Below are positions 26,401 through 41,261 of a stretch of 64,000 nucleotides of DNA, piece by piece. Numbering within the stretch: the first letter of the stretch is position 1; the number at the start of each line of letters is the position of its first letter. The DNA comes from Tubiluchus corallicola. Lineage: Eukaryota > Animalia > Priapulida. Under the pieces are notes generated by a model that had not been told where the DNA came from, ran no database searches, and worked only from the letters and a program-made list of their open reading frames with translations. The DNA lies in contig JAQGDQ010000046.1 in assembly GCA_030141605.1 (NCBI GenBank), positions 434,001 through 498,000 of the forward strand. The letters are read 5' to 3'. A program made the translations under genes and the position numbers.

Positions 26401-29400
26401 TCTACTTTATAAATGTTTCACTGCTAAGTTATTTTTTGCCCAAAGTGCCATTCAGAGAATGCTTCTGACAAAGAGTGATTGTTTTTACGTTTTTCGGCAT
26501 ACAAGATTGTAAAATAACAGTGGGTTCTTGGGTATGATTGACGAGAAAAAAACTAGACAGCAAGGAAGTAAAGATTTTGTTCTCTGGGCTTTACCAATGT
26601 TTTCAGCTTGTGCAGACCGGGTATCCTGTCTGGCTTAATGTGAGGTATAAAAGTAAAAGAAAACGGAAAACTAATAAGAAATACCTTTCAGACAACATTT
26701 CTAACTCAATAAATGAGGTTCTCCCTACATTTTCAGAGACCTAGGAAAACCTTTGTGGGATTTTTTTCTGAATATGCAAATGGGGTTTTAGAGAACAAAA
26801 GCTTTAAATCTTTAAGTCATGTGAAGAAAGGGAGGTTACTGTATTAAAATTGGGTATGGATGCGATGGTGTGTCTTACTGCTAACCTAGATTAAAAGTAG
26901 TTTTCATGAAATTTAGCTAGCAAGGTTAATTATTACCTTATTTACTGCGTCTTTAACCCAAAATAGTGGCTAGCAGCTTACTTGCTGCATGATTTATTTG
27001 CAGGAGTACTCGGCTCACCTATTTTTCATACAGCCTACACACAGTTTAAACAATAATAGTACAGTAATATCATAGTTCTCTGTATACTGTGTTTATTACT
27101 ATGAATTTGCTATTCCTTGCAGGTTTGTAAACTCAAAACAACCAATTCTTCTAAGTTTATTTGCTATAAACAAATAAATACTATTGTGAGAAATGTTATT
27201 ACTAATAGATAAGTCATTACTCAGCAATAACTGCTCTGTTCACTGTGCTCTGCTTGCTGGTTGTCTACAGTTCTGTGGCTGTCAAATGTCTTCCCTATGT
27301 GACATCACAGCACTGAGTGTCACGACGGGCTATAATATTTGTGACAGTACCAACGGCACTTAATTTAAGTTGCCAAATCACATAAAAGTATGCATCAGAA
27401 CTGTTTTAAACATTAGGAAATATGTAATTCCGCCTACACTATAAAAAATAACACAAAAATAGCGTCATAAGACCTCTAACTTGCCAGACCATTTAGTGAC
27501 AAAGAACAAATGAAACAGTTTTTGACAGAGTATGCCATGCCATTTGTTTCAAATTTATTAATTCTGGTACAGCAGCTACTGCTTCCTAATTAAAGTTTTG
27601 CATTACAAGTTTGATCTTTCTTCAGATACATTTTTCTCCTTTCTTTTCTGTGAGTCAGGAATGTAACCTACATTTTCAATTTCGAACAATTTGGTGTAAA
27701 AACATGGCACCAAATATTTCACAAACTTCCAAGCTTTCCACAAAATCGACTACTTGCATTTTTGCTGTTTGGAAATTTACTTGCATTGTCTAAATGCCCC
27801 AATCATAATCCCCCACTTCACAAAACATACATGACCTAATAGACAAGGTGCTACTTTAGGAGCAGAAATTCTGCTAGTTTTGAAAGTCATTGTAGAAGCT
27901 AGAAATGCAGGTTTTGGCATTTAGAGTTTGTTAGGTACATTTTTTATACAGAATTCACAATGGAGTGCAAAAAGTAATTCAACATCACCTTTTACAAAAC
28001 AATAATTTGGGAATATTTACACAGTTCACACAGATTGAAATTGGTTAAAATCGAAGTCTCACCTCAATAAATGATGTGTTCTGACAATAAGCACTGTCAA
28101 CTACAAGATCCTTTACAGTTTTGGTTACAAAATAGGACCTAAATATATACAAAAGATTTAAATTGCACCGCTACATAAAACTCGTAGGTTACAATAATAT
28201 TGCATATTGTATAAACCTTAAAGCTTGACTACATTAGTATCGTTTGACTCTAAAATGCTTAGTTCAAATTAAAGTATCTTTACGGCTTGTCGACAGAAAA
28301 TAACCAGGAAACACATTTGCTAAAAATACATGACCTACAATGATAGCTTTATTTTGTGGATAGCCCATAAACTCTGGTGGTTAAAATTTTTGAACTGCTT
28401 TTATTCACTATCAGAACCAGCCTGATATTACATGAGATGAAGTTTTTGATATGACTACCCCAATTTTTGGATAATGCCATTAATTTCTTCGTATTTTAAT
28501 GACTGACACCACAGACTGTGTAAAAGGTGGTTAAAAACAGTAGCTTATAAGATGCCTTCTGCTACTAGTTGGGGTTTTTAGTAATTTAAACAAATTCACC
28601 ATCAGGTTTATCAAGTGGTTTCACTATCTACAGTATAGGACTTTCAGAAAACATTGGCTTCAAACGGTGGTACCAATATTTGGTCTGGCTTATAGAATAG
28701 CCGATTAAAAGCATTTATAAGCTTATGAAACATTTGTAAAATGAGTTAACAATATGAAATGCTGCACAAACGTACCTGAAATCACGAAAACCAAAAACAA
28801 TATTCGATAAAAGTATAGTGAAAAATCCATACAAGACCAGTTTGGTCACTATTTTGTTCATTTTCCGTTCACGAAGACGTTTTTTCCTAATTTTAGCAAT
28901 TTCAGTTTCCATTGGTGGCTTATAGGCATATCTCTGCCGTGCTGTTCTAAATAAAAAAAATTATTTAGTCAAAAATTATATATCTGTTCAATTTCTTTAC
29001 TTCTCAAGTTATACTATAGAAAATTAGTATCGCAGCAAGTACCTGAAAGCTGATTTCTTACATTGCTCAGCCACATGAGTCACATTTTCACGTTTAACAA
29101 GTGAAATGAAGATAGAACAATTCAACTTTTGCTATCCATTAGCATAGTCCAGCACAGCAGAGGCTGGACTATGAATTTTGGGGCCCCTAGGATAACAAAA
29201 TTATGTGGACCCCTCAGATGGAGCCACCCTCTAACTAGCTCGCAATGGTCTTAAACATTGTACTCGGTAGTACTAAAAAATTACCTCATATTTTTTGCCT
29301 TATTTTTTTGCTAATTCGATGTTGAAACTCAAAAAAGCAAAAATTTCTGGGCATAATTTGCTCTCTGGTCACATGCTAAGGGTGAAATGACTCTTGAGCT

Positions 29401-32400
29401 TTCTACATTTCACAATCATTTTTACATCAAATAGTTGGCAAGCTTGGAGAAGTAATTATAAAAAAACAGCATTCGATGATTCAATACTTAGTAGCCATAT
29501 TAGATTAGTTCCTAAGAAGTAGAATATATTACCTCCTAAACTCTAGCATTAGACAAAGGAGCTTGCATGAATTGTGTCAAAAATACAAACCTTTCATGTT
29601 CATTCCAGCATTCCTCCAGAATGTCTAGCTCTTCTTCATTACCATCCTGTGGCAGAGCAACTACTATGTGCAGTTCCGGAGGCTGTTTGAATATCATTGT
29701 TAAGACTAGAGCCATAAATAAAACTTTCAATGGTTGACTAATGCAAATGCTCTGCACGATGGACGTCAGCATCGACAACAGCCATTGAACACTTTTTGCA
29801 TAGCCATACTTGAGACCATACAGCATAACTAAGTAAGTGCAGATTAGTGACAAACTGATGACTAACGACCATGCAAAGTACACACACCACCATGGTAAAT
29901 CTAATCCTGGAGTGCCATAGATATCCTTTCCACAGCATATTGAAAATGGAAATGGTATTGTTCTCAAGCTGACAGAGCTAGTATCACTGCTTTGATCACT
30001 TATCATACAAGTGGCTTCTGAATTCTCTTCAGTGCATTTATAAAAGACATCATAGTCAGAGTTGATACTACCTAAATTTAATTTAGTGTATAAGACAAGC
30101 TATTCTCCAGAAAAACGCCTTTTCCTGATAAAGTGTTTTCATGGAAAATTTTTGGTAGAAAAGTTCCCAGAAAAATCATTTCTTAGAAAAATTGTTCTTA
30201 GAAAAAAATTCCAAGAAACTCATTTGCCAGAGACCTTATATATTTTCAAACAAATATTTCTGCCTGAAAATTCTTTGTACAGAAAATTCACAACTTTCTT
30301 TTAAATGATCAAGCAGCAAGCAATACAGCAGTATATTTTTTAATAACCTACTTTAATATTTTTATGCCACCTGTAATATTTTGGCAATACTTTGAGATTT
30401 TTTTTGATAATGTTTACGATTCCTGACAGCATTCCAGTAAGTGGTAACGGCAACATGTTACATAATCCCCAACTACAAAGTTAAGTAGTTAGTGACATAT
30501 CCCAAATGAAATAACTTGGTGTTTCCTTTTTTGAAAACCTATCATTTGTTTGGCACCTCATGGCTTTCCTCTAAAATTAATCAATGGCCATCCCCTCACT
30601 CATTTTGACAGCACAAAAAAGCAAAATTCCGTCATTTTTATTTGATAAGAAGCACTACAATCATAAGTACATTTACAATAAAAAAACAATGGGCAATTAG
30701 TCAAAATCCGCATTTGACTAATTTTACACATTGTTTTATTATAATAAATGTACTTGTGAATGTAGTGCTTCTTATCAAATAAAAATATTGTTTAAACTAA
30801 CTGTCCGTCATTGGAATGGTAGAGTAGAGCTGCCACCGACATTAAATTCAATTATTATTGATAACAGTATTAAATACTGCCGATTTTACAGTATTTTTCA
30901 GACAAACAAATTCATATATTACAGATATATATTGAATGAAAACATGTGGTCCTACAGGTGTACACTGATACTCCTTGGCACTAACTGATGCATTCCAATC
31001 TTAAATGGGAAAGGTGTTTTAAAAAAATTTATCAGAAAAACCTGAGCCATGCACAAAGAAATGCATCTCCTGATTTCATACTCTATAAATTAGTTGTCCG
31101 ACTTAAGAGCACTAGACTGGTGCCTCAGCCTATTACGTTAACCCACTTGACAGATTTTAAGCCATATTTTTAATATGATAAGGTCTGATTAGTGATTAAC
31201 CTGTAATCTGTTTCTTATCAAAAGCATGTTGCTATACTAAGCCTCTGTTTTACTATTTTATGAGAGATGTTTAAGATCTTTCCCCACTGATTCCTAATTC
31301 CTGGTGGAATGCAAGCCCCTGCTTGCCATATTTCTATGCCAGTTGCCACTGTAACGGCTGCTAAAGTACCCAGTTTTCCTCTAGGCTTCCTATCTATGGA
31401 ATTTTTAATAAAAAAATTATTTCACTTTTAATTACAGTATCACTTGCTACAAGTAATTAAAGAATATCAGTCAGTACTTCCTACCGCAAGCACATTTACT
31501 GTAAGAATTACATCTTTCTAGGGCTGACCTAGCTGTGGCCTGTATGGACAGTCCTTACAAAAAATTTAACAATAATACTATAGCTGCCTGTGCCTTAATT
31601 TGCCACTTATATTTTATGTTGGAGAAGGTTCTTTGCAGAATGTTCTTTGAAATTAGTCGTTTGTTCTTTCTTTCTTTATTGTTTTTCCGCTAAGGCAATG
31701 AATAACTCCAAAACTGTAGTACTTAAAGTCACCAAACTTGCAGGGTGAATACCTGGGGTGGCGACTGAGGCAATAGTATAGTGACCTTTGATTTTGGGTC
31801 AAAGGGTTAAGTACCGTGGACACAGGTTAGTTTTTCTATTGTACCTCAATTCCTCCCAAGGCTTTGAATTAAATTCATTTTTTTCACAGAATTTTAAGCA
31901 AAACCAGGTAGATGTACACCTATGATGTTAGAAAGCTGGTATTCCATAAAGGCCCGAAATAGGAGCCAAAATTTGAAAATTAGGGCAAATGTCACCCAAC
32001 TCCTCTTACAGCATTGGACTAGGAGTCAATGCTTATGCACTTAAGAAGGTGCACTACATATTTTTTGAAAAGTGGGCGTGGCTTGGTCATGTGATATGGG
32101 CAAAAGTGTTAAAATGCAGTCTTGTTAATAAATTCATAAGTAAAAAAGATGGAATACGGATATTTGCAGGGTCATAGGTTACAACAGCAGGAGCCAAAGT
32201 GTTAAAATTAGAGCGAGCGAATGGCTTTGTCATTTAAGTCCACTTGCAGTATTTGACTAGAAGCCTATGTTTTTGCATGTTAGCTGGAAAAGAGCATATG
32301 TGCACTAAAGGAAAGGCCAAGGCTTCTGGAAAGTTAGGCTTATTCCAATGTTCACGAAAAATGTTAGAAGGATTTAGTAATAGTACTGCAATAAGTGCCT

Positions 32401-35400
32401 CGTATAATTAGTAAAGTCACGATAACTTCACGCTTGGGCACTCCCAGTTTTAATGCCCATTCTTCTTCCAAAGATGTCATTTGCCATGAAGAAAAGTTGC
32501 GCATTGTCAACTTCACCTAATTTTGTAATATTTTTGCATTAGGTAAACTGCAGAAGTCTGAATTAGTTTAGCCAGCATGTGCTTACGGAAAGTCACGAAG
32601 TCTCCCAGTTACGTCATAATTTTCAATTGAATGAATCTTAAATTTATGACTAGGTCATAAACAGCAGTCTAGTTAATTTTGTTTTTACTTTTAGCTTTTT
32701 TCTAGCACCCGGGTGTGTGTTTTCAATCAGTCACGAAAATAGCACAAGTACACACCGCTATCTTTTATAATTATGCTATACTTACTCTTGTTTCCGGTAC
32801 TTAAGCTAGTTGAAGATAATATGTAAGAGAATTCAGTATTTCTTCTTCGAATGTATCTGTGCTGAAAAGGAGCCACATCTAATGCCAAAAGTTTGACTGC
32901 CTTTTCAACAGTTTTTAGATCTTGGTGTATTTCGCGCAAAGTGTGACACTCTTCCGCCTCCACTTCATTTGCCCAACTGTACAACTCCTCTTCAGACAAA
33001 AATTTGGGAATCTTCAAAAACCAGTACAAAAAATAAAATTAAGATTTGCATAAATCATCAGTCAGATGTTATTGCTTAGACATTTTTTTAAATCTGTAAC
33101 ATTATTTAACACTACAAGCACTACTTACAGTCTTACACCCTCACTTGCTTAAGTGCAAGAGTGACACGCGTACAAGTTTTTTTGTGAATTAAAAAGCTTA
33201 ATGTATTACTACTTCCCCAAATAATTCAAACTATAATTGTCAAAAAACTAGAGATAGAGGTTTCATAAATGGGCTTGAAGAAAGTTAATCAGATTTAATT
33301 AAGAATCTGCTTATGACTTGTAAATGATATTATACGCCATGTATAAATGACACCAAATGTCGAAAAAGCAGAGTAACACGAAATTCAAAAAGATACAATG
33401 CAATGAAGAGCACCTTGTAAGGTACCACACGCAGCACCATGGTGAAACAAATGGTACCATAACAGACTAAAATTGCATGTTGGAACAGTTTAATCACACC
33501 AAAATATGTGATTACCTAAATGCTCATTGTAGCTACCATATTCCATATTAAGGCTAAACTCGACCTTGACTGTTGAAACATCACAAGGAAAGTTCAGATA
33601 AACTACAGAACCATTTCTTTTTTCGATCATCACCAAAATCATACTAAAGTTCCTTTAGAGGCAGACCCTTTTTTCTTGAAATTTTTGTTACAACATCATA
33701 TGGACAATTACCGGTACATCAACAAAATCTGGTAAATACACAACCTACTTGTTAATGGTTAAAATGTGAATGGCTATTATTAATAGATTTCACTTTTCTT
33801 GCATCGATAACTAATTGTTTATCTATTAGCTGGTGTTTCTGTGAACTAACTATAGCTGACTATGACAACCAACATACAATAACCTTGTAGTTTTGTCAGC
33901 CATTTAAAAAAATAAAGTACACAACGACTTTTTTAACAATAAACTGAAACAAACTCATTTTACTCAATCGCACAAAAACCTCAAGACTACTTTGCAAGGA
34001 TAATATACAGCCAATTAAAGAAGTTAAATAGATCACAGCTATTCTTCATATAGTTACACTTTAAAAAGCATAAAAAGGTAATTAGTTACCTACTCTGAAT
34101 GCTTATAATAAGCATAATAGAATAATTATATGTTTAGTAAAAAAGAATTCGGGCAATTACAATGGCTCTGTAAGCACTATGCTTCATACTCACTTCGGAG
34201 GAAAATTTGTCTTTTGGCTTAGTCTGTTCTTGCAAATGTGAATGTTTATTACTTTTATGCTTACTGAAAACAAAATACAAAGATATGGAAAAAGTGCACA
34301 TCAACAAATATCGTTAACAAGGTTTATCTACTATGAACCAGTAACAAAAAACTTTGTTGAAAATGAATTACTCTTGCCATGAAATACTAAACGTTTCTTC
34401 CTACTTTGACCAAATCTACTATGAAATGTACCATTATTCACAGTACTTGCAATTCAGAAGCTACATATTATATACGTACATGCGAAGTGCTGGCTCTATC
34501 ACTAGGCAAACTAGGCAGTAATTCCAATTCTGGAAGCAATTCTTTAATTTTTAAGTTTTGCTTTAGGAAAAATAGTAGTATAGTGTATGTGGAATTGCTT
34601 AAATCCATAACATTTTAATTTAATGAAATGGACTGCTTGTGTTATTTCCCGTCAAAACATAAGATTCATCAACGTTAACACGGCGGTTTCCTTCACCAGG
34701 GGTGCGCAAATTATCTGCCTAGGGGGGCAACATTAAACTGTCCGGCAATTCCTGCGGGCTGCATGTAGTTTGGTCAAGGAGCCAAAAACAGGTTGCATGT
34801 AGTTTGGTCAAGGAGCCAAGAGCAGTATGGCCTAACAACAATTTTTCTGCATCTGTCGTGTCATTGCTACTGCACTGAAGAAAACTATTCTATGAAAAGA
34901 TGAAACACCCTCTGATCAAGGCGTGTACTACAGAACCTAAACAGAAACTAAAATCAGGGACTCCTCTTAAATCAAGGGTGACCACACTTTTTCAGCTTGC
35001 GAGCTACTTATAAATTGATCGGCCCAGTCGTTTTGTTGGTCATAGTAGGTAGATTATTTTGACATGGTTATTTTATATTTATTATAAAATATATCGGCCC
35101 AATAATAAGCCTAGAGACTGGCTGGTTGGTGCTCCTACCAGCCAATCAGATTGCACATTTGGGTGTTTTAATGGCAGTTTCCATGATAGTTTGCTGTGAT
35201 CTGTGATTTTGCATTCCTTTTTTGTGTTTCAAGTGAGTATCGGGAAATTTAACATGTCAAAAGTGACATCAAGTGACAACCATCTCCATAAGGGTTAATG
35301 CCACATGATCTACCCACACTGTCTTTGCGATTGTGGCACGGTCTTTAGTTAGAGACATCTTCCTGTTACATGCGACTCAAATCACCACCCGGGCCGCACT

Positions 35401-38400
35401 CATTAGGTTGACAAACATCTTCCTAAGGTTGACAGACATGGCTTCCTGAGATTACGTTACTGTGTGCAGACACTACTGAGTACTGTAGTAAGGAATTTTA
35501 CTGACATGTTACCTTGCTTTTCCCAATTTATTTTTTGTGCACAGAACAGCAGAGAAAGAATCTAGAAACAACTCTATCTGTTGATGAAAAAAGTTTCTTG
35601 AAAGAGCATTTATCTAATTTATTCATTTATTTATTTAGGTTTATCTGCCATGAATATCGCAGATAAACCTGTAAGAACTGAAGTCTTCAGGAAACCATGA
35701 GGTACATGAAGCCAATGGTAAAAAAGCTAGTGGTAACCAAGTTACAGTTGTGAAGATGTTGAATTACGCAAACATCAAATTTTTGTAACTACTAGATAAT
35801 CTCGAGAATGTCACGAATACAAATTTGGATACAAGTCAGATATGTGGAGCAATATTAGCATGCATGGCGTGCATTTCAAAATCAAGAAGAGAAAAGCAGT
35901 CTGTTTCATGGCAAGAAATTTGGAAGTTCAGTCGTTTCTTACACCTTAATGAAGCAATACTCTCAATGTAAAGATATGCACTTTTCACTTTTACTGTAAG
36001 AGCATTAATTTAAACCTTACTTTACAAAATGTTTCCATTCCACTTTAAAATAAATGTATAGAGCAGGTTTAGCAGTTACCATGTTTCTCTCACATTGTCA
36101 GTTAACAAAATTATTACTTTAAGATTTGCATTCACTATAAGAATTGTAAATCATAAATAAAATTAAACTCACTCTTTAATTACAATTTCACCAGGAGAAA
36201 TGCTCAACAAAAATTTTTTTTCTGGATGAGGTTTAGACATCCGGAATAGGCTAACAATAAAAAGATTTACTGGGAAGATTATTAAGCTGCTTGCAATACC
36301 TAAGATTAACAAAACATTAAAAGCTTCATTAACAGAGATTAGAAAATATATTAAAAAATTAACAAACAGTCTATAAATGTCTGTTGCAATGAACAATTTT
36401 TTAAACACAGAACTGTAGTTTCAAACTAACTGTAGTGGGAAACTAAATTTCTGAAAATAAAAATAAAGACTACAAATGACTATTGTAAACTCGTATTATA
36501 ATCTGTTTTTAGATAGCAATTGAGATGGCTGATGAGAAACTATTATTATTAGCATACTAATTTTTTTTTGGATTTTCTTTAATAAGAACCATTAGGATAA
36601 GATAATTTGCTTTGCAGTGAGGGGTCAAATCTGCCTACATTCATGTGATGCAGTATGCAAATCATGAGAGCTTACTTAGTCATATAATTCAAGTAATAAG
36701 AATCTTTGGTTACTTGGCTTGCCAATCACGAATTCTAGAGTTAGAGAAAATCTACTGTTAGGCAATGAAGAGCAAAGACTTACAATGCATGTTTTATTAC
36801 ACAGCATTGGTTTAGGGGCAACAAAAATAATGTCATAAAGATGTAACAGAGAATTACAAATAATTATTTTGGTATGGTAATTCAAGGCTCTCTGTGTGGT
36901 ATTAGTCACATATCATTTTTGAATACAAGTCCTGTACATATATACAAACAAATACGTCAGCATGCTTAAGTAATGTGTTGGTGTGTGCACTAATAACTTT
37001 TTGTGATAACAGTGTAGTCACAAAGTTATTCTTGCACATACCAATGTTTTACATAAGCGCACATGCCCACTTGTGGGTATTCAAAAAAGATACATAAATA
37101 GTACCACTTAGGAGGTTCTGATGGCTTGTGTACTACTAAGATGACATTTCAGGTCTACTATGCTATGTCGGGCTCAAGTGACAGAGCGAGACTTGAAATC
37201 ACAAGGTTCTGGAGACAGACGCTTGTTGGCCTGTTCACAAGGAAAGGCTGCAATGCATGACCCATTAGCCCTCAAAAAATTAGGGTAATCTCATTACATT
37301 TATTTGCTTTTAAAGGAAACGAGGTGTACATTAAGTGTGTGATACGACTGCAATGTTTTAGATAAATCAAATATGATTTCCATATGATAAAATGTTGCAA
37401 TAATAATACCAATAAAGATTTGAGCCCAAGACACTTTGAGGTCGCCTATGAATATTTGGTCTTCAGGAAGATTTCTCGGTATACCATAGAACATAATGTT
37501 AGCAAGCATAGCTGTTAAAAGCAATGCCAAAGCACATGACAACCTCTGAAAAAAAAACAAATTATATATAGAGGTTCTATAAAAGTTTTTAAGTTATGAG
37601 AGATTAGATTATCAATATTAACAATAACACTACCAGAAAAATAGGGCTTTAAACACAAACCTGAACTCTAGTAAAATGATTTTCGGCTGGTCTCCAAAAC
37701 ACACTGGCCCATAAATGACTATCCCTAAAGCCACCCATAGCTTTGGTTGAAAACACATGAGTAAATGCCTATACACAATATGTAAAGTTGTTACAATGTT
37801 TCGCTTATTTGGTATAATAAAAAAAACAGCCAACTTCACTAAATAAATGTGTGAAGGAAAACAAATTATTCTCGTTCATTAGTTCTTTTGCTTCTCAAAG
37901 TTGGCATTTCTGAGTATGCAACAATGAACATGCTTCTTGTGATCATTTCTTGTCACAAAATGTTTTTCTCTCTGCAACTCCCAAGTAGTTGAAAGGTGTA
38001 AAATGTTGCAATAAGCTGGCAATTCTCTTTGGAAAAATAGGTCTAATCTCTGTGCAAGGTCCACGGCAAGCTGGACAAAACTCTGCTATATGTATATTAC
38101 ATGCTATGCCAAAAAGTCTTTTTAATGATGTATATACTCTCCTTAAAGTTTTTTCTACATCAGGAATTTACGATTGCTCCCAAATTTGCAGAAAATTCTC
38201 AAATTTCAGTTTTTGTTTTCGAAATATTCTGACAAAAATAGAAACCTAAAACAAGCTGTGAGATTGCTGGGAAACTGAGAGTGATGTTAAAAGGCTCCAG
38301 AAAACAGTAAAAAAATGACTAAATAGTGTCAGACATATTTTCATATACTTAGGCAACTTCTTACCATACAAATTGTATTACTGTAACTTACCATAAGTTC

Positions 38401-41178
38401 ATCTTTTGAAGTTGGAAATAACCGACATTTCACTGTTTGAGGACCGTGATCAACAGCCAGCCAATTACCATAAGGAAAACACCAGATTTGGTTTGTTTTT
38501 ACATCACTTACAATAACTTTTCTTAAATACCTAAAGCAAAAAAGGAGGATCTATTTGCCTGGCTATAGCTCAGTTAGCTGGCTGTAATTAATGAATTGCT
38601 AACAAAACAATAATAAAACTTATGTGAAAGATACCATTCTCAACAATAACCCTTTTCGTACAAAGAGTGACATCTAGACATTATTGTTGTAGTCAAGTCT
38701 TTCAGCTGCAGTCCATGTTGAGTCCCAAGTCCTTGGGGTTCAAGTCCGAGTCAAGTTACTGTAGCCCTAATATGAGTCAAATCTGGAGTCAGTATGCCCA
38801 AGTGTGAGCTGAGTCTCGAGTTATTATGTCTACGTGTGAGTTGAATCTCGAGTCGTGTTCACATGTTCAACTTCAAATCAAGTTTCAAGTCAAAGTAATC
38901 CCAGATTAAGCCAATTCTCAAGTTCCTGATTAATACTAATAAACTATTCTCGTTAGTTTTGTCCTTATTTTGCTTATTACTGCACTAAATTTATTGAGTA
39001 ATATTGAAGTCTTAAATTTAGCTATATACACTGTATCAGACTAACTGTGCAAGACACATTAATTTTACAAATGATTTTACATTTTATTGATAATGTTACA
39101 GTGGCTTTACTCGTACTAACATATTTATTTTCGAACACACATGAACAGTTAAGTTACATAGGTGGTTCAATTAAAAGAAATTAGTATGCTAGTAGTAAAA
39201 GTAAAATAAATACATATATTAAATACTAACAACAACAACAACAAAAAAGGTACTGAGATTATTTACATATAAGAAGATAAAGCAATTAATTTGAAATGAC
39301 ACCACATATTCTAATAGTTCTCTCAATTAGTACTTTGATAAAAAATTAAAATTTCCATATCCAAAACGTAAGTGTGAGCTCTATATGGCAGTTTCCATAA
39401 TTTACAGATAGCTATATTCTAAGCTGTATCTAAAAAATGTATTTTCGAATTATTCAACTTCCAACTCTGGCAACCATAATATCTTAGACAACACGTTTGA
39501 AGTAGTTGTTCACATTTAAAGTCAGAACAAGCAAATGAAAAGTTACTGGCATGGTAAGCATAATCACTCCGTTTACTAAGAATATCGGCATCATCCGTTA
39601 AATCACATGTAATTACGTGACCCAAATCACTGACTTTATCTGTCCACATTAAATTATACTAAATTATATCAATATAAAATAAGTTATATTATGTATCTAT
39701 GACACAAAAGTGACATTATAATCTGTAGTACTGATTACCATTTACAGGAAGTTATTAAATTTAGAAATACTATGTGAAATATAGATGACATATTTGTGTG
39801 GTCTTGGCTAACAAACCGCTTTAATTGAAGGCCAGCTCAATTAATAGGCACACTCATAGTTGGGCCACTAAATAATTGATTAGCCAGTTTAAAAAGCCTA
39901 CTGTTGAAGAGTTGTGCACTATGTATTTTTATCATGTATTGTCAAGCGTATGTTTAAAGTCGTAATAACACGTAAAAAATTTTAACCGAGCGTAGACGCA
40001 AACACTGCCGGTGAACCCAGAAACTTCAAGAACTACACTTTAGGCAAACATACTGGAATTGAAATGCTTTGCAAAAAAGAACGTTGCAATATCTTAGTTA
40101 TAACATGCACAATTATTGTTTGTTTTACCGTCAGTAAAGTTTGAGCCACTAGTCAAGTCAGTCTCCAGGCCGAGTCAAGTCGCGAGTCATTTATTACAAG
40201 TCTGATTCATGTCTCTTGAATCAGTGACATGAGTCCGAATCGAGTTCAAGTTGAAAGCAAATTACAGTGCGAGTCAGACTGGAGTCCAAGCCTGAGACTC
40301 GAGTAATACAACACTGCTATACAATATATATTACTGACTGTGAGTGTCAGTCTTTGAAATATTATACTGTTATAGTTTCAGGCGCAGCTATAACACAGCA
40401 AGTTTCTGTTCTTAAAATTTTTTTCTTTGATTACTGTGGAGATCTGGAATATTCTATAGTATAGTAGAACAATTTTCTTACCTTGATTCGAGAACTTTCT
40501 ATACGTGATGCGCGTAGTAGTTTCTAGATTGTTCATTTACACTGATATATAAGGCGGAGCTGGCTGTTCGAATTTATTCTCGTATTCTCAGACACGCTTT
40601 TACGTTTCCAGATTATCACATTGACTGTAAATATTTCGCGTTCCTTTATACTTTTGTGATGTAGAATTCTCGTATAATAAACTAGTTTAATTTGACCACG
40701 CGTTTTCTGGTTTTCTCGACGAGCCGTCCGAGAAAAACAAAACACAACAATTACCATTAAACAGGTGAAATGCTGAAATAATTGATAAGCAATGAAAGTT
40801 AAAAATGCCAATGCATTTTGCAATAATATTGTTGCCTAATCTGATAATGAAAATTTGCATTGCCGAGTATTTCCATAGGTTTCTATTATTGATCAAGCAG
40901 TTTGAAACCTAATGTCATACCTGATACGCTATCTTTGATATTAAAAGAAAATCAAACGAAGAAAAATTAAGTACATATCAGTGGCACATCACACAGAAAA
41001 TGATTTAAAATAATTAAAGAAAAATTAAAAAAGTTCGATCTTAAGACTTACATTAATATCAGTGGTTAAAATAGTTCAGCTAATTCAAGTTCAAAAAACT
41101 GCAACATCCTTGTACATGAAAAAATGTGAATTAAGTTACACAGACTTTCTTTAATCTGTTATTCGAATGTGTGTGTGT

Positions 41179-41261
<83 letters not shown>

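Noticed and set aside
26685-26740. Pseudo-exon VSENVGRTSFIELEMLSE echoing the TSFIE end of exon 28138-28063
   Set aside because: Its phases (0 to 2) break the frame with the next exon; the match is only about 12 nt
37165-37220. tRNA-like stretch (GCTCAAGTGACAGAGCG...CTTGAAATC...GGTTC)
   Set aside because: The B box and acceptor stem do not form; at best a decayed SINE head
40482-40523. Exon-like segment on the minus strand with a strong AG|GTAAGA donor inside the PLAT intron
   Set aside because: Joining it after the phase-2 TG creates TGA, and the PLAT reads correctly straight into 38530
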